Of a DNA stretch of 64,000 bases, positions 25,181 through 37,433 are shown piece by piece (the stretch's first letter is position 1; each line of letters starts with the position of its first letter). A model generated the notes under the pieces. The model had not been told where the DNA came from. It searched no databases and saw only the letters and a program-made list of their open reading frames with translations. This DNA is from Takakia lepidozioides (Eukaryota; Plantae; Bryophyta): assembly GCA_030704615.1 (NCBI GenBank), contig CM060731.1:76322001-76386000 (forward strand). Reading direction: 5' to 3'. The position numbers were made by a program, and so were the translations under genes.

Positions 25181-27139
25181 TGTTGTGTAAGTACAGGTGA
25201 AGGGAAGCGGTGCCGCATGGCTTTATGATTCTTACTTGCTAAAGATGACCTCAAAGGAGGAGCAGAGTGGGTAATGAATCGGATCACCTGTAAGATAGGG
25301 TTCGTAGGCATGTGAATATGCCGAGCAAGGCAATCTGTTTATGACAAGACAGAACGAGTTCTCTGTGTTTTTTTTTGTTTATCTTGCTGTAGGCCTCTGA
25401 TTAGAGGTAGTGATGAAGGAGATGAGGGCAGAAGACAATGGCAGCCTGGTAAATCGAGCTGCAACCAGTAGGAGATAAGGAAGGAAAGGGAAGCACGATA
25501 ACCTAAGTGTGTGGTGTTGCCAAGGGCTATGGCAACGATGGAGTACTGGCGGGTATGACGGCTGAGCGATACCAACCTGTTTATGACGATCAGATGCGGG
25601 TAACATGTTTCTACCTGGTTTTGATTATAGTTTAGGCATGTAAATAGTAGTGGTGATGAAGGAAGGGGCGGAAAGGACTGGCGGTGTGGTGATCCGTGCT
25701 GCTGATCGTGGAAATTAGGGCCTATTTATGATGGGCTGCTGAGGCGGTTGTGAAAGATTTTAGCACCATAGAGTAATGTATGATGTCTTTCTGGGTGCGC
25801 CAGTATGGCAGTGACAACGGTAGATGAGATCGAGCTGGCAACAGAAACGGGAAAGGGGGATGAACCGACAGATAGACATCCACCGCTTAAGGGAGGATAT
25901 AAGAATAGCTAAGTGCGATGATTTGGAGGCTTCTTTTTCTTTTTACTTAGGATAGATGTTGTTGAAATGTCCGGTTGATGCTATCAAGTTAGCATGAGGG
26001 AGATGATACATTTTTGAAAAATGGAATGGAGGGACTGTCTGAACTTCAAACCAGGGAGATGTAGAGAGAAAGGGAGGTGATGGAAGTGTACATTGGTATG
26101 ATGACTGAGGGGATTCAATTCTCCAATCCCTCAGTCACAGAGTGTGTTGTCTTGAGCTTGCTTTTCATATTCTGGTTCCAGCATTGTGAGTCTGGGATCA
26201 ACTTTGCATTGGGGTTTTCATGGCAATCAAATCTGCAGAGAACTTGCTGTAGGGTGGGGATAAGAGGGAGTTGCTGGATAGTATCATAGATTGGGAATGA
26301 GGGCGCTATCTGTCAAGAGTTAGGGTTTGGTACAGCACCAGCATGCACCAAGTAATGGGATGCATTTGGTGAATACTTTACAATCTGATGGTTGTTCTTG
26401 CTTTACGTATAGTTGCAGTAGGGATTCTCTTGCTTGATGTTGGGTTATTAGACTGAGAGAGTATAGGGCCCTGGAAACTTATCAATGGGTGCCTGAGTGC
26501 AAGCTAAGGTCTTAATTTGTTTGTGGGATGCACACTTAGATAAGAAGGGATAACTACTGACTGACAAGCTGATTGCTGCTGCAAATAGTCAAGATAAGGA
26601 GGGACTCTGTTTTGGTGAGGAGAGAGGACTAAGGAAAGATGTGGTGTATGCTTGTGATTTCAAGGATGATTTCTGCAAAGGGCCCCACTAGATATCATGT
26701 CTCAATTCCAACTACATTGCCTGTAGAAAGGATGCATAGATAACAAGGGCCAGGGGATCTGTTTGTCAGAGAAGGGTGAGAGAAAATCTGGAAAAGGGGA
26801 GAGCTGCACAAAAAAAGGAAGAACAAAGGGATAACCAGTTGTAAGCTGAAAGATAAAAATGGAGAAGCTTCCCAGTCCCATCCATGTTTTCTCTTCCGTT
26901 GCGGCATGGATGAGGGCATCTCGTCTCTGGTCATGAACAGTAAAGGGTCAATGATTGAGGATAGTGATTTAGGTTAGCAAACTTGTCTTCACTAGGGCGT
27001 AGTGGGCTGGGGCAGCAAGCTTCTTTGCACTACGAACCAGATTTAGATTTTATAGAAAGGATTCATGCCCTTCTTTTTCACACTACAACAGAGGGCTGGG
27101 ACTTAGCCTCCTTTTGTCTCCCGCGCCATATTTTCGTAG

Positions 27140-27612
27140 TATCGAGCCGAAGCAGTGAGAATTTGTGTCATGGAACGGGATGATCGTAGGATATGCAATG
27201 CAGGGGCGTGGGATTGAGGCTTTGCAACTGATGTAGCTTTTTGGAGCTTATTCTTGAGCAAATGATGCAGGAAGGGCGAGGATGTGCACAGCGGGGGTGT
27301 GGTATAGAGGCTTCGGAGACGTATAAGCAAATAATGCGGGAAGGGGTGAAGCCGGACCGGGTCACGTTCGTTTGTGTTTGCAATGCGTGTGCGAGCTTGG
27401 CAGCCCTAGAGAAGGGTAAAAGGTCCATGGTGCCATTGTCAAATTTGGAATTGTACCTGACGTCATTCTGAACAATACCCTCGTGGACATGTATGCGAAA
27501 TGTGGGTGCATTGAGGATGCGAAGGGAGTTTGCAACAGTACAACAGTATGGCTCAACGATGCTTGCGAGCTATGCACAACAAGGCTGCGGGAAAGAGGCT
27601 TTGGAGACCACT
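27140..27612 (+). pseudogene. Degenerate PLS-class PPR fragment
   Basis: EASETYKQIMREGVKPDRVTFVCVCNACASLAALEKGK...LNNTLVDMYAKCGCIEDAKGV with frameshifts. Confidence 0.85.
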
Positions 27613-27748
27613 CGCTTCAGTCTCGTGTCATGCAGCGGACTGAGGGGTCTTCTACCTTGCGTGTCACAGGCAGAAAAGAGAAGCACTGAAGCGGCCGACC
27701 TTTATGATAACAAGAATGTTAGCATATATGATTGATGTCTGATTGGAG

Positions 27749-28967
27749 ATGGTGATGGCCTTGAAAATCATGGACAACTTGAGACCCCAACAGACTGATG
27801 CCACACTGCGCCTATTGCAATGGAACGTTCTGGCTGATGGCACAATTTGGCGATTTTCACAGAGTGAGTGTTTTTCTCCCCCTGTGCAATTTTTAGGTCT
27901 TTTCAAGAATTTATTTTCGATAGAACCTGAACCTTCTGCATTTCTTTATAAGATTTTGAGATCTAAGAGACCAGTTTTAGAATGAGACGACATGTCTCCG
28001 TTGTGATTTCCGGAGAAATTCAATGGTACTCTGTAGGTTGAGTGGTGTCTTCCAAATCCAGCCACACTTTAAATTCGAGAAAATTGCAGCGGAATTTTCA
28101 TTGTTTGAGCACTCCACAACCCATGCTCAACTAACTGTTTTAATTGTAGACAATGAAGGAGGAGTGTACAACGTATTTTACTGATGTGAATTTCTCTCTG
28201 GAAGTGAAGAGTGCTATACGGAAGTTCCGGTACAGAGGGTGTACAGTGTTGATGCCTTGTGCTTCTGAGGGAGGTGCTACAAGCCAACGCTGATGTCATT
28301 TGCATGCAAGAGCTCAATCATTACGGTGCCTACCAACTGATCGCACTGTTCAGTGTACAAACCGTGTTCTAATAAGTCGGGATTAGTAGTCATCTGTAGC
28401 TACCCAGGATAAGTCTGTTTTGTCCTGCAAACTTAAACCTCCAAGGCAAGTAGCATCACCGTTCCTGACATGATCTGACGCTCAAAGTTAGATGTCAATA
28501 ATGACTTTTTCAAGTTCTCTCTTGGGGCATGTTTTTAGGACCGATGACTTACTGTTGTACAATTGGGTCCTTAGGAAGCATCAGATGAGTTATTAAGGGT
28601 AGTTGGGAGTAAAGAAGCTTCAACTTGGTCATGTAATCAACAGCTATTGATGGATTCTGTTGGGTTTCTAGCACTCTTCTACCATGTGCAGTTTTCTCTC
28701 GTAAAAGATCAGTGAAATATCTCATGTGTAACAGCCTTTAGATGCACAATAATGGAGTGCATACATGCAAGATAAATAAGCTTGATTATGTTCATTTACG
28801 TAAGCTTATTGATCATGTTTCATCCAGCCTTTGACCTAGCTTTGATAAGTAGTTACGCTAACTGGTAGTACATAAGTTTAATTGTTGAGAGTGTATCTGC
28901 AGATGACTGGCTTCAACAGTATGGCTATTCAGGGGTCTTCTGGAGCAAGCCCTTCTCTCCGGCTCTG
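27749..28967 (+). pseudogene. Nocturnin-like (CCR4/EEP) gene, upstream exons
   Basis: LRLLQWNVLADG (~27806-27841), LLREVLQANADVICMQELNHY (~28262-28324) and DWLQQYGYSGVFWSKPFSPAL (28903-28967) match nocturnin QWNILAQ, PDILCLQEVDHY and GYQGTFFPKPWSPCL. Confidence 0.82.
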
Positions 28968-29256
28968 GTACACTTAGATGCCATTCTCTGTCTTTTTCTA
29001 CCTACTGGTTATGAGCTCATCATATGTTTGGGGTAAGGGATGGTAGAAAGATGTCCACTTTAGGCTGTACAATAATGTATTGAGGATCAGTGACAACATG
29101 TATGGGGGAATGTTTATAGATAGACATTACAGCAGCCACACATAGGCCTCCAAAGTGAAGCTGCTTCCAAGAAATTGTTCTTTGATACACATGGACGGTA
29201 AAGCTATACCATGCACCATTGCCTGTAGTGGAGCCTACAGGTCATTTGGTCCTCCC

Positions 29257-29797
29257 TGTCACGGACATAGCCCAGAAGAACTTACCAGGAGTAAATACCA
29301 GAAGTTATCAAATTATCAAGTTACCGAAAATTACCATGATTTACTATAATCTACCATGATTTACCATTAGTTACCAAGTTATCGGGAGTTTATCAAATTA
29401 TCGAGAGTAACTTGGGAAACTGCTCATGAAGCTTCCTTTGGAGGAAACTTCTCCATCAAGAAACCTCCATTGGGGAAGCTTCTTAGAGAACTTCTAGTAG
29501 CCAGTATATATAGGAGGCGAGACTGGACACTTTTCAGTCTCGCCAACACAAGTTCAAGCGACTCTTGTTCCCAGACCCAGTACTTCAGTCCAACTTCCAG
29601 TACTCTAGTCCGGTTTCCAGCATTCTAGTATTCAAGTCGGATTCCAGTATCTTGTATTCTTGTCCATTGTTATAAAGATCATCTTGATTCATGTTTACCC
29701 ATCATGCATTCGGCGACGCCGACCTTGACTTCTTGTCTAGTCTTGTACCTCTAGTCTAATATCTTGTTTCTATTCAGTCATGTTCTCGTCCTTGATA
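29257..29797 (+). repeat. 5' LTR of the Tcn1-like element, inverted relative to its body
   Basis: TGTCACGGAC...CCTTGATA; preceded by CTCCC; TATATATA at 29505; followed by a short leader and an ATG. Confidence 0.92.
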
Positions 29798-30156
29798 GTT
29801 TTGCAAGACTAAAGTTTGTTCCTTAGTTAGTTAAGATGGAAGGCACATTTGCATAATGACATACTATATACCTCACTTGCTAGTCTGTGCAGATTTGACA
29901 AGAGCTTCGATCCGGAGCACTAAAGCCGGTCAGAGTCCTAGAAAGGCGGAGTACAGTAACCCACAAGTACCAAAGGTTTTTGGCAGTGGTTGCTTCACTA
30001 GCAGATAATCTAGCACTCGTATTACCTTCTCCACTCGTAGAAGGTGGAGAAAATATCGGCAAATATGTCGTTGTCCTGCCCTCCCCAAAACCATGACATA
30101 AATAGCTGCCTATGGCTTCTAACTTCAATAAGCCCCCCAAGTTTGGGTGGGGCCGG

Positions 30157-30396
30157 TTTATTTTTATTTTTATTTTTTGTGTAAGGGAAACACCTGGGAG
30201 CGGCAGCTCACAAATCAGGCCCCTTGATAGAGAGAGGAGAAAATAACCTCTCAGTAACCTCGCCGTAAGGCTTTCCGATGCGACACCTGCGCAGGGAAGG
30301 GGGAGAAGAGTGTACCACACCCGTCAAGTAGCAGGATTTGACCCCAGGGTCATCCGGATGGCACTCAGTGCACTTTACCAACTGAGCTACTGACTG
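30157..30396 (-). mobile_element. tRNA-derived SINE
   Basis: A box TAGCTCAGTTGG, B-box-like GGGTCAAATCC, unrelated body, A-rich tail AAAAAATAAAAATAAAAATAAA. No clear TSD. Confidence 0.75.
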
Positions 30397-31494
30397 TTGG
30401 TTCTAGAGTGGTCTAGGAACTAGGGCTTCGTGTTGCTCCGCACTACTAGCGACGACTTCTGAGAACAACGTCCAGATAGATGGGCTATATTCAAGTTTTA
30501 TGAACATTTATTGGCTGTCTTGTAGAGAGACTACGCATCATGCTAAAAATCAATGAAGAAAATGTGGTCAAAGGACCTTACACTGTGTCAAGCCTCTGAT
30601 TGTTGTGGTATGCTAAATCATGCTCCCTAGTTTTCCCTTCCTCTTACGTTTTGCCAAAGCAAGAGAGCCCATTGCAATTTGAGGCTTGTTTCATTTTATA
30701 TTAATTTGACCGGTGTAATGACTTTGGCTCGTTTGATACAACAAGTAGATTTTGTTTATAAATGTTGTTTATATGATATCTTTTCATCTTTATTTTCACT
30801 TGGTTTAGGTTTCAAATCGTTTGGATTTTGGTTTAATGTAATGGTTTCATGAAAAACTTGGTTGTTTTTTATTTAATGCATATTTGTTCCGGCGTTCATC
30901 ATAATGCTAAATGTGAATTAATAGTCATCCATTGTGGTAGAAGCTATCTAGGCTTGACTCTAACCTCCATGTCATCTATGTGCAAGGGTTTCCAAGTCTG
31001 ACATTTAACGTGCCCATGTCTTCTAGTGCTCAGGGTGTGGTGAAATCCTTCATCGCTTTGCAATTCATCCAGGACGTAGGGCTTGGCAAAGATGGATTTC
31101 TCTCAAGCTAACTAAGTTTGGTGGTTTATAGCATTAATTGGGGATGATATGTCCCAATTATCTTTGCATTGTGGCTATTAGTTCTGGCTAAATAAGTGAC
31201 ATAATAACATTGTCCAGGCGGCCTATGAGAGGAAATCCAGCTAGGACTGGTCAAACAGGCTTCTAGTAGCCAATTCTGATTAAATTATTATAGTGGCTGA
31301 TCCTAAATGTTTTAACTGCTCTGTAGTGTAGTGAGTAATTGGCCGTTTATGGAAGTTCAAAACTAATGGGAACTTGATGGTGATCAATGCAAAAGAGCTA
31401 CCTTCTGGATAGTTGAAGACCAGAACGTGGTGCCGCATGTAATAGAGTCCATGTGCTTGGATGAGGTTTGGCATATAGAACGCACAAGTGCTGG

Positions 31495-32632
31495 AGGCCT
31501 GGCAGCCCTGGAGAAGGGCAAAGAGGTGCATGGGGATATCATCAAAGCTGGAATTGTACCTAATGTCATTCGAAACACTGCCATGGCAGCTCTGGAAAAG
31601 GGGAAGGAGGTCCATGGTATCAGAGCTGGAATTGTACCAAATGTCATTTGGAACAATACCCTAGTGGACATGTATGCAAAATGCGGGTGCATCGAGGATG
31701 CAAAGGGAGTGTTCAACACTATAGTTGAACGAGATGTGGTGTCGTGGAGTGCGATGCTTGCAGGGTATGCACAGCAGGGACGTGGGATGGAGGCTTTGGA
31801 GACCTATGAGCAAATGATGGGGGAAGGGGTTCAGCCCGGCCACATCATGTTTGTGTGCATTGCAGGCCTGGCAGCCCTGATTTAAATCAGGCACCTCAAC
31901 CATGACCACAGCTTCTAAAAGAGGATCAAGAGAGGGAGTTCATAATGACTCTTCTGGCTCTTCTGGGCATGTGAAGATGCTTTGTGAGGCAGGCAGACTG
32001 AAAGAGGCTCTACAACCTTTAAACCAAGGAGCATTTCAGCAGATTCAGATATGTATGTCTGTCTCTTGCTTAAGTGCATCAAAATGAAGGGTCTGGAAGC
32101 TGGAAAGCAGGTGCACACTCACATTATCCAAAGTGGATTCACGCCAAGTGTTTTTCTCCTCAACCCCCTTGTGAACATGTATGTTAAGTGCAGGAGCATC
32201 ATGAATGCACACCGAGTGTTCAACGGAATGCCTCAACAAACTTTGATCACGTTGAATATAATGTTGGCAGGTTTAACATGGGTGTGGTAGGAATGCTTTG
32301 GCAACCTATGAGCAAGTGCTGCGCGAAGGGGTAAAGCCCAACCACATCACATTTGTTTGTAATGCATGTGCAAGCCTGGGAGCTCTGGAAAAGGGCAAAG
32401 AGGTCCATGGTGACATCATCAAATTTGGAATTGTACCCAATGTCATTCTGAACACTGCCCTGGTGGACTGCATGTATGCCAAATGTGGGTGCATCGAGGA
32501 TGCAAAGGAAGTGTTCGACAGTATGGCTGAACGAGATGTGGTGTCGTGGAGTGCGATGATTGTAGGATATGCACAACAAGGGCGCGGATGGAGGCTTTGG
32601 AGACCTATGAGCAATGATGCGGGAAGGGGTGA
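31495..32632 (+). pseudogene. PLS-class PPR fragments (two rearranged pieces)
   Basis: LAALEKGKEVHGDIIKAGIVPNV (duplicated), LVDMYAKCGCIEDAKGVFN..RDVVSWSAMLAGYAQQG; then HVKMLCEAGRLKEAL..GKQVHTHIIQSGF..LVNMYVKC; many frameshifts. Confidence 0.9.
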
Positions 32633-33388
32633 TTCCCTATGGAAAAATAGCTCCAAGAAACCTGCATGGGTAGATGGTTAACTGGAAGCCGCAGCAGCAG
32701 CGGCACAATTGATAAAATCAGACAATGCTAATCAAGGCACCTTCTTCAACACATTTCACTCTGTTTTCCCCTCTTATCATAATCGCCCTAAATTTTTATG
32801 TTTTAAGAATTCTGCAAGTTAGCTGGTTGAGTGAACCTTTGATAGTTTGGAGTGACTTTGACATGATACTGCCAAAGTGACAATAGGAAAGTATCCAGAA
32901 ATAGGTAACAGAGAGGAGAAGTTGTGGAATGAATACTTTTCTGACCCCAGCCAATGGTGGGACAACCGTTGGAAGGTAAATGCCTTTGGATTACAGAGTG
33001 GTAGATGCAATTGAGAATAGGAACTGGTGTGATAAGTTGAGTTGGGTGTTTGCTGGAACAAATCTAGGCTGCCATTGTCAACTGCTAACAACAATGCAAG
33101 GATGTATGCATGATCTGTGCAGAGGCATGGATAGCTGAAGGAGAAGGGATAGAATGTCATCCAAGAGGGCCAGATTTCAAGCTCCAGATTACTTATGATT
33201 CCATGTGGAAGGATAGCTACAAGAAACCTGCATGGGTAGATGGTACATAGTTTGGAGTGATTTTGACATGATACTGCCAAAGTGACAATATGAAAGTATC
33301 CAGAAACATGTAACAAAGATGAGGAGAAGCTGTGGAATGAATGCTTTTCTGACCCCAGTCAAGGGTGGGACAACCGAGGGAAAAAGGT
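32631..33388 (+). pseudogene. Tandem OSB-type PDF (organellar ssDNA-binding) motif exons
   Basis: DSLWKNSSKKPAWVDG; EEKLWNEYFSDPSQWWDNRWK|intron|HPRGPDFKLQITYDSMWKDSYKKPAWVDG; EEKLWNECFSDPSQGWDNRGKK. These match the OSB PDF consensus W..FF.NP..WWDNR..K.NP..PDFK....LW....P.WV. Confidence 0.8.
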
Positions 33389-33699
33389 GAATGTCTATTA
33401 GATTACAGAGAGTAGGAGACGCAACTCAGCATAGACACTAAGGCAAACTCTCCTTCCCTGCAAAGGGTGTGTTTTGGTATCTGAGCGAATAAATATAATT
33501 TTTTAAAACATAATTTCAATATTTTTTTATTTAATAATATTCTCGTCAAGGCCACTGTCCATTTTTTCTATAATAATAATAATCATCATCATAATAATAA
33601 CAATAAATTAAATCCATTAATATTCAAACTTAATATTGGAAATCAATTAATAATTAATTAATGTGTACCACCACACAGGAACGAACACGTGTTGCATAG

Positions 33700-34046
33700 T
33701 GACTTGTTGAAGGTGTGAAATATGATACGTGTCGCATAGTGGCTTGTTCAAGGTGTGAAATCCGCCGTGAAACATGCCACACTGGCCTTTTTCACACTCT
33801 GCCATGTCAGCTATGCCATCGGCCATGTCATCATGCACCCGTGAAAAAAGCCCACCCATGGAAAAAGCCTCCTGTGGAAAAAGCCACCCGTGGACTTTTC
33901 CACAGGGCCACCCAAGAGCCAGGCCGTCCACGGGGTGTTCGAAAGCACTAGTCGTTTCTTACACCCACGACAGGTGTGGATTGCGGCTGATTCCACAGCA
34001 AAAAGTGTGGAAAAAACCGTGGAAAAAGCCAGTTTCTCTTCTAGTG
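33700..34046. mobile_element. Probable CACTA terminus with subterminal repeats
   Basis: Ends in GTTTCTCTTCTAGTG (reverse complement CACTAGAAGAGAAAC), preceded by repeated TGGAAAAAGCC / CCGTGG / CCACAG motifs. The partner end was not found. Confidence 0.55.
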
Positions 34047-35040
34047 TGAAAAGTCCAAGACTACAGGTTTTTGGGCACTTCAATGGATCCAGACAAACTT
34101 TTGGACTTGTAGGTAAAGTAAGAAATTGCCTCCTCCCTGGAGCGAAGTGGAGGATCAGGAAGAACTTTGACAGAGCTCCATTTGTTGTCTGCCGTCGAGT
34201 GCGATGCATGCACCTTCCCTGCCCTCAAACACCTTTTCTTGGAGTTGTCAGGAGGAAGAGTATCTGAAGTGAAATTTTTGTCACGACCTGGACGATGGGA
34301 GGAAGGGCCTTAGAAGGGAGCTGAACCCTTCTGCGTTTCGGCCCTTCATCGAATGCCTCCATGTCGGAGTCATCCGGATCAACTGCTGTTGCTTGTGTAT
34401 GAACGCTGCAGTCCCCCTCAGAATCTGTCAAGACCACCCGTATTTGCGACCTGTTGTTCCTTGATGATTTTCTCGGATAATCACCCATTTCTTGGGACAC
34501 TGGTTCACCAGAGGATGCTGGTTTTTCCTTGTGTGTGGTTTTGCGAGGCGGCATCAAGTTGTAGCGCCTGAGCACATCCTCCATGATACTCCTCTGGCAG
34601 GGTTAAAAAACATGATACATTTTAAGGGCACCCTCATCTTGCCCATGTTTCATACAACCATCTATTATGTGCAAGTTCAGTTTTTTTTTATCCCCAAAAA
34701 GTAGATGACAGTATATGCATCTGTATTGTCGTCTGTTGGACGTACTAGGTTCATGCACCCTCGCCTTGGAGTAGGCCTTGTTACTTTTGAGACGAGCCTT
34801 TGCTATGAGTATCTGATGATGGGTGAACTCTTACAGAGGACATTGGTTCTCCAGACCCATTGTAATAGCATAACCCCCTTGCAGGTTCCAAGCTTGCCCT
34901 CAAGCATGATATGTACTTTGGTAGTCATCTGTCATGTCATCAACCCACTTGGACTAAGCCTAGTGACCTCATGATAGCCTCCCTAGTTGCCAATTGATCC
35001 AAGGGGGCACCTCATTTGCTTTTCTGCCCAGCAACCACTC

Positions 35041-35276
35041 TGGAGTCTAATCACCACCGCTCCTCGTTGAGTGCTTTCTCTGCTTTCTCGTTCGACTCTT
35101 ATTCTCAAACATTGCACGACTGTCGGATTTATCTCTATGGAGTCTAATCACCACCACATTGCACGGCAGTGTCGGATTTGTCTCTATGGAGTCTAATCAC
35201 CACCGCTCCTCGTCGTGTGCTTTCTTGTTCGACTCTTATTCTCAAACCATTGCACGACCATCGGATTTGTCTCTAT
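35041..35276. repeat. Irregular local tandem repeat
   Basis: TGGAGTCTAATCACCACC at 35041, 35138 and 35188; ATTGCACG..TCGGATTT.TCTCTAT three times. Confidence 0.8.
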
Positions 35277-37433
35277 TTTGTGGTATTTCATACAAAACAA
35301 AACAAATAAAAAATAGTGAAGTTAGTCCAACATCTCAGTGCCTAATCTCGCACAAGAGAAGCTTCAGGGTGACATATAGAGACTAGTTATCCTTTCCTCA
35401 ACTGCAGTTGAGATTTTTGATGGAAAAGATATGGAAAGAATCGACATGTGGCCTCGGAATGAGCTGCAGGAACGACAACCCACCTTGCCAAATGCCTCCT
35501 CTGTGCAGGCCCACAACTCAGAGGTGAACATGCCTTGATTCCCCCACATATCTTGGACACTAAACTTAACCAAGAGTCATAAAACTTGCAATTGTGATCC
35601 ATGAAATGATCATTCCACATTGCCAAGCATTAGACTTGGAGTTGAATGCGAGGGAGCCGGTTCAGCCAGCGCGGACCCCCCACGCCCACCCCCGCCTCCG
35701 TCACCTACACACCGCTCGGCCGCGCGGGGACATGAGACGTGTCCTCACCCGCATCCCCATCCTGCCTCCCATCCTGGGCATGCCATCGTCCTCCATCTCC
35801 CATGCATGCCTTCACACTCCCCATGCATGCCATTGCATCCATATGACCCCATGCATCTAAAATGACGAGGGTAGGCGGAGAATACACGTACCAGCTTTCG
35901 CTTTCATTTCTATTGTTGGCGTACTGCGTCCCGTCATGCGTCAATTGGGTGGACAGCAGTGGGCAATCGTTACGATGCAGGATGTATTCGTCGTGTTCGA
36001 AGGTTGCAACGCTTGCGCAACAAACGTTTCTTGCATGCAGGTCCTTGTTATCGCTCCAGAACGATCAACATTATCATTGCACTTCTTTGGATTTTCATTG
36101 TTCTCTTTGTCCAGGTTATACCTTGCGGGTGAGTGACTTCTGCAATGAACATCCGAAACCCTCACATCTCTGCCATGTTCATTTCTTTGTTGGTTCTTTC
36201 ACAGATGCATGCATAGGTTCACCCGTTGGATCCTAAATGAAACGTGGTTTTGTTCCTTCGACAACTAGGGATACTAAAAACGACGGAACGGGGCATGGAG
36301 GGAAAGTACTGCGTATGAACAACAACTCTCTTGCCCTAAATGCACCATACCCATACTCAGCAGTCGTTTTATCACAACAATAGTTAGCAAAGTGGACAAG
36401 TGGGCCTATTTGCTAGTCCTCAAACCACTTCATGCAAGCATTCACATGGAGGTGAGGTGAACACATTGTTGCATATGGAGCTGAGGTGAGGAGTCCGTTC
36501 CTTTTCTGATTCTTTGCTGATCCTGGGGAGACTGGTAAGGCATAAACCTGCCCATTTTGCAATTTGTGATGCTGTATTCCAAAAGAATTGAAGGTGAGGG
36601 CATCACTTTCCATAATTCACTGCCTCCCTCTAGGGATGCGCACATACCAGCTATCGCATTCTTTCCTTCTTTCCGCACTTTGCTGTTATTTCAGTCTCCA
36701 TCTACATATATGGCTGTCATATGAGCTGCAGTCCATTCATGGTGTTTTGGGGTTTAGGGTTTACTATTAATGACATGCATATCAATCCATCATTGTCTGA
36801 GGTATATTGGCTGGGTTCATGGGCCATGGATGCGATTGGCCTTTGCGTGATTTATATCTTACTTAGGATTTCTGGTGGGCATTGGCTGTGTAGGTTTGCA
36901 CGGTGCTGCAAGTGTTGGCAGATGCAGCAATCACGATGAAGGAGAGCAAAATGATAGAGACTGGAGGGAATACCGCGAGACATGAAACTGATGAATACGA
37001 GGACCTCGAACACAATCCTTGATGCTTTCTCTCTATAACCTGCACCGGTGGAAGTGGTATAGCAAGACAGCAACAGTAGGACAATGCCCACCAACAGTTA
37101 AATCTAAGTGGTTTGTGACTCTCTTCTCTCTGTATCTTATCTTGAACAAAGGGTTTGCTTCTTCCCAAAAAGGGGACTGAGGCTTGTTTTAATGTCTCCC
37201 GTCTTACTGGCGAAAACACTAATAGGAGATGGCTCATCTCAAGACGGATAATATCATTCCTTGAAGTCCTCAGCTTTGGCTCCTTGTCTTTACAACCACA
37301 TCAATCCTCAACCAAGGAACTTCGCCTGTGCACTCATAAGGAGCAGAGTATGCTGTACCTCATCAAGATGGCCCATGACTCCTGCCAGGTATTTCAATAT
37401 ACATGCATAGAGACGACGGTAACTAGGATGAAT

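Noticed and set aside
25900-26950. LINE ORF1 remnant
   Set aside because: Only faint similarity (YIFEKW, RVRVW) with many stops; cannot be supported.
30320-30396. Functional tRNA gene
   Set aside because: Degenerate T-loop and stems; followed by a body and an A-rich tail, as in a SINE.
33436-33450. CACTA as the partner TIR of the 34046 end
   Set aside because: Poor TIR match, mismatched 3-bp flanks, and it lies within sequence homologous to the PDF-repeat intron.
35041-35276. CRISPR-like repeat-spacer pattern
   Set aside because: The apparent spacers are homologous to each other and spacing is irregular; eukaryotic context with no cas genes.
34050-37230. Protein-coding gene from many short ORFs
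   Set aside because: No recognisable domain or consistent splice model.
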